DNA of 64,000 nt from Octopus sinensis (taxonomy: Eukaryota). The position numbers and the translations under genes were made by a program. Positions 52,285 through 64,000 of this stretch are shown one piece after another. The notes under the pieces were generated by a model. It was not told the origin of the DNA, searched no databases, and was given only the letters and a program-made list of their open reading frames with translations. The stretch's first letter is position 1. The number at the start of each line of letters is the position of its first letter. Where the stretch lies: positions 20,150,001 to 20,214,000 of the forward strand of contig NC_043015.1 in the NCBI RefSeq assembly GCF_006345805.1, given 5' to 3'.

Positions 52285-52889
52285 AATATAATAAAAGTTG
52301 ACAATTTTTATTATCTTGTATTTATTTTGTAAACAAATAATACAATATTACATAAGCATTTTATGTTTTTCTTTTCTGGAAACTCGCTGTGTACCGGCAG
52401 CTCATGGCTCACAGACCAGCACTGGTTTACAGACCACTATTGCTATAAATTACACTAAACAATTTTATAAGTCAGTACCAGGTTCTGCTGTGTTAGAAGA
52501 GTATCTGTAGAGATGACCTTAATTTGTGTCTCTTTGTTTTGATGTTGCTTAATTGTTGTAAATGAATGTGAGGCATTTCTGATATTCTGTGAGGACCTGT
52601 CTGGCCATTGGGAAATAATAATTTGTTTGGAAACAGGTAATGGCTAGCAACAAGAAGCACACCCAACCATATAATATTTGCCTGAATAAATTCTGTCCAA
52701 TGCGGGTACGCATGGAAAAGTGGATGCTAAAAAGATGAACGAGAGAAGGCATTATCTATGTATGACCTTTTTACTGGGCCTCTGAAGTAGGTTGGAGAGC
52801 AGGAGGATGAGCATATATACACACATACCTACCCATCATCATCATTGCTTTTCATGCCCTTCCATCCTGGCTGGAGAAGAAGGAACACT

Positions 52890-53200
52890 CTGTTGGTTAC
52901 GACGATGAGGGTCTCAGCTGATAGCATCAACAGAACAGCCTGCTCATGAAATTAACGTGCAAGTGGCTGAGCATTCCACAGACACGTGTACCCATAATGT
53001 AATTCTCAGGGTAATTCAGTATGGCACAGAGTATGGACAAGGCTGGCCCTTTGAAATAAAGGAACTACTTTTGCCATTGAGTGGACTGGAGCAACGTGGA
53101 AATAAAATGTCTTGCTCAAGGACACAATGCATCACCAGGAATTGAACTCGCAACCTTATGATCATGAGCCGAATGCCCTAACCACTAAGCCACACACCTT
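52890..53200 (-). mobile_element. tRNA-derived SINE (family D-related)
   Basis: AATTAACGTGCAAGTGGCTGAGCA.TCCACAGACACGTGTACCC tail; minus-strand head GGTGTGTGGCTTAGTGGTTAGGG. Confidence 0.8.
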
Positions 53201-53419
53201 GACAGCCAACAGCTAAAGTGCTATATCTGATGCCAAGCCCTGATTTGGGGTTTCACATATCGAACTGTTGAACTGCCTATGTTTATGCAGGACTAATACA
53301 AATATCACTGCTGCCCAAATGGTGTTCAGTGTAAAGATACAGCGACATATGTATGCATATGCCAACACACACACGTTTTTGTGTGTGTGTGTGTAATTCT
53401 TTTATTATTCTTTTGTTCT

Positions 53420-54312
53420 TTTACTGGTTTCAGTCATTTGATTGTGGCCATGCTGGAGCACTGCCTTTTAGTTGAACAAATCAACCTCCAGGACTTATAC
53501 TTTGTAAGCCTACTACTTATATCACTCTCTTTTGCCAAATTGCTAAGTTATGGGGACGTAAACACACCATCAGTTGTGAAGCGACACATATACGACAGGC
53601 ACACATATACGACAGGCTTTTTTCAGTTTCCATCTACCAAATTCACTCACAAGGCTTTACCCAAGGTGCCATGCAGTGGGACTGAACCTAGAACCATGTG
53701 GTTGGGAAGCAAGCTTCTTACTACACAGCTACTCCTGCACCTATGTTATGTAAATTATTCATGATAAATTATGGTAGATTATGTAAGAATGTAAAAAAAG
53801 AGGAAGTGTACAAACAATGAGCTTACATTCTTATTTAACCCACAGTAAGGCTTTAAAATACAATTATTTCAGTTCTTTTGAATTATGCTATGTTGTGTGT
53901 GCTTTAGGAGTAGGCATGGTTATACGGTTAAGCTCACTTTACAATCACATCGTTTCAGGTTCAATCTCACTGTGTGACATCTTGGGCAAGTGTCTCTTTT
54001 TTTTTTACGATAGCTTTGGGTTTACCAATACCTTGAGTGAATTTGGTAGACAGAAACTGTATGTTAGCCTGCTGTGTGTATGCGTGTGTTTGTATATATG
54101 TGTATCTATGTGTTTTTCTGTGTGTGTCTACATTCACCATTAGATAACCGGTGTTGGTTTGTTTATGTCCATGCAATTCAGTAAAAGAGACCCCCATACA
54201 CCAAGAACCAGACTTATAAAAAGATAAGCATTACTGGAGTTGATGTGTTTGCCTAAACCCTTCAAGGTGGAGCTCCAGCATGGCCACAGCCCAATGAATG
54301 CAACAAGTAAAA
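53420..54312. mobile_element. Two divergent SINE A copies (53420-53740 minus, 53905-54312 plus)
   Basis: Conserved SINE A blocks in opposite orientation. Confidence 0.8.
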
Positions 54313-54443
54313 GATACACACATACAAAAGTTCTGCATGGTTTCTGTTAAATTCTGATGACTCTGAAGTTGGAGAAGAAAATTTGCTAAAAGCACCACCC
54401 AAGGATATCTCATCTAGAACAGCAAGATTCCAAAGCCAACTAG

Positions 54444-54680
54444 TTAACCCTTAGAACTGAAATGCCGGAGCACCGGCACTATGCCAAGGCTGTATGTTCC
54501 TGAAATGCTGGTCTACTGGCACTCCCTGTGTCTTCATTTTTCACCATTTTGTACTCTTCTGTTGTGAAACACTCATGTCTTTCAGCATCTATTCTAAAAT
54601 TCTAAATTTTCAGTGAAACTTACTGAGAGCTTAGGGTGGTGCATTCAATTCCTGTGGGTGGTTGGGGTTCAAAGGGTTAA
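54444..54680. mobile_element. piggyBac-type MITE family 3
   Basis: TTAA-CCCTTAGAAC ... GTTCAAAGGG-TTAA. Confidence 0.75.
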
Positions 54681-54714
54681 CCTCACCCATTCCTCTAATA
54701 TTTCTTAAAAACAG

Positions 54715-54797
54715 TTTCAGTCGATGATTGTGACCCCATGATTGGAAGTAACCTGTTCTGCTGGTGCGAAGTGGCTGACCAATTTAGTTTCGAAATG
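54715..54797 (+). other. Candidate exon of a plus-strand transcript
   Basis: AG acceptors at 54713-54714 or 54719-54720, strong donor ATG|GTAAGT at 54798; open frame SVDDCDPMIGSNLFCWCEVADQFSFEM; no family recognised. Confidence 0.3.
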
Positions 54798-55419
54798 GTA
54801 AGTTACACACACTCACACACATATTCATATACATAGACTGGCAGTATACACAGTTATACACATCTACACATTCGCATACAGACAAAGGTATTCGTGTGTA
54901 CGATGCACACACATGCACAAACATTGAAAATTTAGTTTCAAAAAGGAGAATTTAAAAAATAAAGAAACTGGAGTAAAATTTACATAATTTGAGAAGAAAA
55001 TTTATGAGGAATGGGTTGGAGTGCGTAAAGTCAGGTCTGTAATTGTCAACACAAGTGATTTACAGGATTTTGTTTCAAGTCCTGTTATTGTATGACGTGT
55101 GTGTCTGTGTGTTTGTGTCTGTATGTGTCCTGTTTGTGTGTGTCATTGTTTTGTCTTTGACATAACAATACCAAATGATAATAAAAATAAATACATAAAA
55201 ACAGTATTGTCAGAATGGTGTGTTTAACAACCCTAAAAATAAAAAAAAATAAAAAATACAGATCATTAAAATACCAGACTAAAATAAGCTATAGGGTTGT
55301 AAAGATCAACCAAAGTAATGGAGATGTGGGTTCAAGTCCTACTAGCAGTCTTTGGCTCTTTTCATCCAAAAGGGGTTTTTAACCCAATATGCTATTATTT
55401 TGTTTTATTCTTTTATTCT

Positions 55420-55810
55420 TATACTTGTTTCAGTCATTTGACTGTGGCCATGCTGGAACACTGCCTTTAGTCGAACATATTGACCACAGAACTTATTCTT
55501 TGTAAGCTTAGTACTTATTCTATTGTTCTCTTTTGCCGAACTGCTAAGTTATAGTGATGTAAACACACCAACATCGGTTGTCAAGTGATGGTGGTGGTGG
55601 GGGAAACCCAGACACACAAATACATATATATATATATACACACTTGACAGGCTTCTTTGAATTTCTGTCTACCAAATCCACTAACAAGGCTTTGGTCAGC
55701 CCAAAGCTGTAGTAGAAAACACTTGCCCAAGGTGCCATGCAGTGGGACTGAACCTGGAACCATGTGGTTGGGAAGCAAGCTTCTTATCACACAACCACTC
55801 CTGCACCTAT
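55420..55810 (-). mobile_element. SINE family A (CpG-decayed)
   Basis: Conserved blocks with CG to TG/CA changes. Confidence 0.88.
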
Positions 55811-56799
55811 ATACTGATTTATCTTTGTGAATTACTATTGCTAATAACAATAATAATAATTCTTTCTAGTTTTGGTGCAACGCCAGAAAGTTTGGTGGGA
55901 GGGACCTAGTCAATTCCAGTTTACTTTATCGACCCTGAAGAGATGAAAGTTAAAGCTGACCTTAGTAGTATTTGAACTCAGAACATAAAGTGCCAGAAGA
56001 AATGTTGCTAAGTATTTCTTCTGGTTTGGTAATAATTCTGCTAGCTTGTTGCATTGACAATAATGATATTAATGATATTTTCTAATTTTGGCACAAGACC
56101 AACAATTTTAAGATAAGGGGTTATCAGTTACATCAGTTCTAGCAATTTAAATTAGGTTAAGCAAAAACAAAGGATTTTTCTTCCTTAATTAGCTTTGACT
56201 GATGAATAACTTGAAAAAGTCTAAGACTTTCATAAATTTCTTAGTGCAGAAGTGAGAACAATAAACCGAGGACTTTTTTGAAACTGGATTCAATTTTGAA
56301 TCTCAATTTATAAAGTTCATAGCTGTTCACTACAACTGGTAGATTATTTTTTAACCTCCACCCATAAAAAAATCAACTGTATTTACACTCTATCTTTTTC
56401 TCTCACTTTCTCTGTCTTTCTGTTTATCTTTTACTTTTCTGTTTGTCTCTTTATATTACAAGGCCAACAATTTTAGTGGGAGTGGGGGTTAGTTGATTAC
56501 ATCAACCCCAGTGATCAACTGGAACTTATCTTATTGAGCTTGCGACCACAAATAAACTTTTATAAAGCATAATTTGAACTAGACAAGAAATGGCTGAGAA
56601 ATCAATGTGGTAGCATGGGGTCTGGTCAAGTGATAAATTCGTAGTTTGAGGTTTCTTGGTGATGAGTTTTGTTGTTTTATTATTTTGTTCTGGTATTAGC
56701 TACTAGATCTAATTTACAACCCCCCCAAAAAAACATCATAGCCTTGCTTCACAGTACACACACAACTTGTTTATTTTGAACCCTGTACTTGTGTTTAAA

Positions 56800-57257
56800 G
56801 CTGATACTGGCTCTATCGGTTTCTTTTGCCAAACCGCTAAGCTACAGGGACATAAACAAACCAACACCAGTTGTCAAGCAGTGGTGGTACACCCACACAC
56901 ATACACACATGACAGGCTTCTTTCAATTTCTGCCTACCAAATCTACTGACAGAGCTTTGGTCAGCTTGGGGCTATAGTAGGAGAGATACTTGGTCAAGGT
57001 GCCGCACAGTGGGATTGACCAACTCAAGACCACATAGTTGGGAAGCAAGCTTCTTAAGCACACAGCACCTGATGTGTGTGTGTGTATATATAATGTGTGC
57101 AGGAGTGGTTGTGTGGCAAGACGCTTGCTTCCCAACCACATGGTTCCGGGTTCAGTCCCACTGCGTGGAATCTTGGGCAAGTGTCGTCTACTATAGCCTT
57201 GGGCCGACCAGAGCCTTGTGAGTGGATTTGGTAGACGGAAACCGAAAGAAGCCCATC

Positions 57258-57325
<68 letters not shown>

Positions 57326-57512
57326 GTGTGTGTGTTTGTCCACCCTATACCATCGCTTGACATCCGATGCTGGTGTGTTTAGCGGTACGGCAAAAGGGAC
57401 CGATAGAATAAGTACTAGGGTTACAAAGTATAATAAGTCCTGGGGTTGGTTTGTTCGATTAAAGGCGGCGCTCCAGCATGACCGCAGTCAAATGACTGAA
57501 ACAAGTAAAGAG
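56800..57512. mobile_element. Head-to-head SINE A pair (56800-57070 minus, 57097-57512 plus)
   Basis: Opposite-orientation copies about 30 bp apart. Confidence 0.8.
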
Positions 57513-58722
57513 CAAAAGTGCACACACACACACACGTGTAAATATGGGAGAGAGAGAGAAAGCGGCACGCACGAACGTATGTATGTATGTATGTATGTGT
57601 GTATGTACGTGCTTGGAAAGAGCAACATGTATATGAGTTCACGCAGAAAAAAGTAGCTATTCGCAAATATGTAACGAAAGACATAGCGGTCAAGGAGAGA
57701 GAATAACTTAGTTACGCGAGGTACAAAATGACAATTGCAAGAAAACGCGCGCGCGCAAGCGCAGACCCCGCCCCCCCGTTCCTTTCCACACTTGTATAAG
57801 TATTAAAGATCGACACATGCATAATTGAACACTACAACGATGCACGCACAAGGACAATGTGATATAAACACAGTAAGCCTATCGCACACATTCGGATACA
57901 CATTAAGTTACATACACACACTCGCACACGTATATACACAGTTATACACATCTACAGGTTTATACATTCACATACGGACAAAGGTATTCGTGTGTATGAC
58001 GTACACACATGCACTAACATCGAAAATTACATCGTTCTACGTAAGTCACACATAAAATATTGTCTTCTCGTATAATTTCATTCACATCCTGGATGCATTA
58101 CACACACACACACACACGATATTGTCGGCAGCAGCTTTTACTACTACCTCAATCGACACCGGAAGGTTTGGAAAGCAAACTGGACCTCGACTGGATTTGA
58201 ACTCGCAAATGTAAAGGACAGTAAACTAAAGTACGACACTCTAACGAGTCTGCCAATCCATCGCCTGGTAAACACATCCAAAGGTTCTTACACACACACA
58301 CACATAATGTATGTAAATACATTCTCAAATCCATACCCCAACGTACTTTCATTTAAAAACACGCACGTATATATACTACAATGTATAAGAATATATATAC
58401 ACAAGCCAAGTCCACATTCAAAATATGTATATACACACGCGAGCGCATACATATATATGTGTACGATATGTTATATAATTATAAAAATAATATACAGTGA
58501 TTTTGTGCGTACAGAAAGACTATTGTCATTAACAGCATACAAATACTCACATCTTATATTTATATATACTCTGAGATACACGTAGACACACACACATCGA
58601 TATACATATAGATATACATGTATACATACACATATATTTATCAAATCTTACGCATGATTATAGAAACCGCAATAAAAATTCTCACATATATACACAGATA
58701 TACACGTATGTATATACAAATA

Positions 58723-58766
<44 letters not shown>

Positions 58767-59739
58767 CACGTTTCCGGGTGCTTATACACATAAACGTTCT
58801 TGACCATTGCCAAGACTACGCTGGAGCACTTCACACTACACACATACAAGTAGGTATACATATGTATATGTGTGTGAGTGTCTAATCCCGCTCATATCCA
58901 CTCGTTCATTCATTCTTATCAATCCACCCACATACACACAGACTATATGTTTATACACGTATATATAATTATACACCCACCATCACCCCTGTTTGTTATC
59001 GCACCTTGCTCTCTTGCTTTTTGCCCTTTTTTTGTTGAATCCTTACCTTCAATTTCTTCCTTCCTTCCTTCTTATTCAATTGTTATTTCATCCTTGCTGT
59101 CACCGACTTTCCTCTGTCATCGTTAGTTCCCGTCTAACAACTGTCATCGCTTACAACCAACTACAACAACACTACCGCCCCCCTCTCTCTCTCTGCTCTG
59201 CTTTCTTTCAACTTCTCTCCTCCCCTTCCTCCTACTATGACTATTCCTTTTCTCCCCCTTTTCCCATCGCCTTACTCTCTGATTTTACCTCGCACCATTC
59301 CTCTCGCGACTTTACTTTTACTTTCGTTCATCTTAAGCTTTCTTTTTTCTCTCTCCTTTTTTGCAGGTTTTCTCCTTTCCGTTTTCGTCTTTATCCTTCT
59401 CTCTTTCAGTCTTTGACTTTTCTCTTTTTGTATTTCTGTGCTTTTTGTTTTCTTCGTCTTTCTTTTTGTCTATCTTTCTCTGTCTTCTCTATTTCTCCCT
59501 TCTTTCTCACGCTCTCCCTTCATTTACGGCTTACTCTCTCTTCCTCCGCTCCCATCCTCCGCCAACAACAGAAAAAGACGTGGGGCATAGATCAGATGGG
59601 ACAGTGAGTACGGGACTGTGATTTGAGGGCTGCGAATGTGGAGGGGGCAACTCCACCTGTTTGAGGAAAGAGCAGAAACCTTTGGTGAAAAATTACGATA
59701 TTTTTAGTTTATTTATTTATTTATTTATTATTGTTGTTT

Positions 59740-61200
<1,461 letters not shown>

Positions 61201-61279
61201 CTTTGTTTTGTCCTGTGCTGTCCATAATGTTTCTCTTCATGTAAAGCCTTCCGGTTAATAAAGAATTAATTATTATTAT

Positions 61280-61655
61280 TATCGTCAATTAAAGAAGTTG
61301 AGGGTCGAGAGGGAAGTGTTGCCTTGTAAGTTTGTTGAAAAGTGGAGTTAGGCGATCTTACGTTTTAGATTGCCGGCGGGTGAATGTTGGAAGAATGGCC
61401 AGTGTGAAAGGACCAATTCTGAGTTTGCATCTGTAAAAGAAAGAAGGGCTCTTGCCCTGTTATTCAAGCACCTGTGGCTTTTCTGGGGTTTTCCACGAGG
61501 ACCTTAAAGCGCCTCCCCTGTTGTGAATTTTAGTTTTCCCAATTATTATTATTACGTTGTGTACGCGCGAAAACCCATTGTATCGTCCTGTTTTTGTCTT
61601 TTATGTTGTATGTCAATTAATGTTTTGTATGTGAGTCCTTGTGGCTAATAAGAGA
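61280..61655 (+). mobile_element. Tx1/L1-like LINE 3' end
   Basis: KKLRVEREVLPCKFVEKW resembles a Tx1 ORF2 C-terminus; 3' UTR ends CCTTGTGGCTAATAA. Confidence 0.55.
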
Positions 61656-61774
61656 GTATTATTTTCTGATAATCTCTTTGATATACACACAAATTTCCAA
61701 CGCTTCCTCACGTGAATTCTCCTTTCTCTTCGTTCCATCTTTAATCCATAATGCACTCAATCAATCTCTCTCAC

Positions 61775-61810
<36 letters not shown>

Positions 61811-62540
61811 GCACACTCTCTTAAATCTCTCTCTCTCTCTCTTTCTCTGTCTCTCTCTCTTTCTCTGTCTCTCTCTCTTTCTCTGTCTCTCTCTCTTTCT
61901 CTGTCTCCTTTCCTTACAACTTTATTGTCTACATCTTCCTCTTCTCTTCTCATTCAATAACCACCACCACCACCACCACCTCCACCTTCATCCTTCTGTT
62001 TGCCACCCCTTCGCTACAACCTCCCCCATCATCATTACGTTCATCCTCCCCTTCCTGCGATCCCTGTTTCCCTCTCTAATTCCCATGTATTCCTTCCACA
62101 ACCACCCCAACCACCTTTCTTTCCTCCCCCACTCCTCCTTCCACTCATCATCATTACGCTCAGCCGCCCCTTTCCTCGATCCCTGTACCCTTCCCTCGTT
62201 CTCGTCTATTCCTTCAACCCCTCCCCCCACTACCAACATCTCCACTCTCGTCGTCCTCCACCTCTTCCTACTCTTCTCCTCCTCCCTCGTCCGCACGTGC
62301 ACTCCGTTACTTAAAGTACGTCTTTATCGTCTGCTACTGCTTGTTCGTCGATCATCATCATCATCGCCATCATCAGTGTCATCACTATCATCATCATGAC
62401 CCTCGTTGTTACTATCACCATCATCACCATCCTCATCATCGTCTTTATTATCGACTGTATTAGCAGCTGTTGCTGCAGGAGTTATCGATATTGTGTATGT
62501 GTATGATAGCCACGCGAGTGTATGTGTGTGTGCGTGTGTG

Positions 62541-62603
<63 letters not shown>

Positions 62604-62664
62604 TTGTATGTGAATATATATACATACGCATACATGCAAACACAGTAATCTTTTATCTTTTTTT

Positions 62665-62975
62665 TTACTTGTTTCAGTCAGACTGTGGCCATGCTGGGGC
62701 ACCACCTTGAAAACATTTTTTCTTAAGCCTGGTACTTATTCTATCGATCACTTTTGCTGAACCGCTACGTTACGGGGACATAAACACACCAACACCAGTT
62801 GTTAAGCGATGATGAGGGCACACGCACACATGCACGTGCGCGCGCGCGACGGGATTCTTTTAGTTTCCGTCTACCAAATCCACTCACAAGGCTTTTGTTG
62901 GCCCGAGGCTATAGCAGAAGACACTTGCCATGCAGTGGGACTGAACCCGGGACCATGTGGTTGGGAAGCAAGCTT
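62665..62975 (-). mobile_element. SINE family A
   Basis: Conserved SINE A blocks. Confidence 0.85.
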
Positions 62976-63161
62976 GTCTAATTGTTTAACATATGTGGGT
63001 GTTATTGTAAACATTGATCTAAACATTCTCTAAATCTTTGTCCCATTTTGACCCTCTTATAAGCTAAACGCTGTCCATTTTTTCTGATTGACCCAACATT
63101 GCGAAACTTGCAAGTGATTGTCTGTCTGTCTGTCTATCTATCAATCTACCTATCTATCTAC

Positions 63162-64000
63162 GCATCTAATGGCACCCGTCAATGCTCTCTAAGAGTTAAA
63201 AAATTAGAAGAGGCACTTAGGACTGGCATCGCGTCTAACGTACTGGCAGCGAGGTTGGCCCTCGACCAACACTTCAACGCCAAACACGAAGGATGCGTTG
63301 TCAGAGCTAGTATGCGTACTCTGAGGAACGAAAGAGTTAGAGCCGCCCGAGAGGCCTGAGTGGCGGAGGCACAACGAGGCAACAGAGCCACCATTAGGTC
63401 ACTTACAGATGAACAGGGGCGCGAATTACTCGAGCCCGAAAGGATATGTGTGGCCTTTCAACAACACTGCCCGACTGTTTGGGACAACTGGTGGGTCAGA
63501 ACGCAGAGTGACTTTAGTGCCTACCTGCATAGCCTGCCACGACTCTCACCAAGAGAGGCGGAGTGTTGTGAAAGACCCATCACAGCCGCGGACGTGCGGG
63601 ATGCGATGACAGGCTGCGCGAGAGAGAAGTCACAGGCTTGGATGGTCTGCCCAACAAACTTTATTGTCATATGCCAGACTTGTTTGGAGGCGTCTTGGCA
63701 GCTGTCTACTGCAACTGGCAGCAAAACGGGAGTATCCCCGTTTTTGTAAAGCGAGGAGCAGTGGCACTGCTAAAGAAAGATCCGAACAAGGGGAACGTCA
63801 TAGATAAATTCAGGCCCATCACTCTGTTCAACGCAGATTTGAAAATTTTGGCCAAGGGGGTTAGCCGAAAGGTTGGCGCTTGTCATCGAGAAACTAGTCG
63901 ACAAGGCGCAAACGTGCGCTGTGCCGGGTAGGAGTATCCATGACAACCTCCATCTGATGTGCTACATCATAGACAAGGTAGTTAAGGATCCTGGCATGGG
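63162..64000 (+). mobile_element. 5'-truncated, frameshifted Tx1/L1-clade LINE ORF2 (RT region), running off the window
   Basis: LPRLS..PITAADV..MDGLPNKLY..ALLKKDPNKG..FRPITLFNADLKILAK..QTCAVPGRSIHDNL; begins directly after (TCTA)n. Confidence 0.9.

Noticed and set aside
56195-56225. CTGATGA..GAAA..GTC match
   Set aside because: No stable stem II or stem I
58993-59607. 204-aa F/S/L-rich ORF
   Set aside because: Pyrimidine-rich low-complexity DNA that lacks stops by composition

Overview
Repeat-dense, AT-rich animal genomic DNA. The SINE families and microsatellite load resemble an octopus/coleoid cephalopod genome (inference from pattern recognition, not a database match). Almost all ORFs in the supplied track are artefacts of microsatellites or SINEs. 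The real content is: (1) about 25 copies of one tRNA-derived SINE plus several other SINE families; (2) decayed retroelements (a Penelope-like RT + GIY-YIG element, Tx1/L1 and RTE LINE fragments) and mariner remnants; (3) many MITEs (piggyBac/TTAA, hAT, Merlin-like, TA-flanked), a 700-bp foldback and a Helentron-like element; (4) an intronless RPS19 pseudogene missing from the ORF track; (5) candidate exons of a minus-strand host gene (about 20.4 kb and 6.0 kb) and a possible plus-strand transcript from about 44.1 kb, matching visible CpG-poor and CpG-rich domains. The most interesting signal is a set of minimal type I hammerhead-ribozyme motifs. They occur in the Penelope-like element's terminal repeat, in two short non-autonomous relatives, and in a tRNA-headed, TSD-flanked SINE, which suggests a Penelope-mobilised, ribozyme-bearing SINE system.
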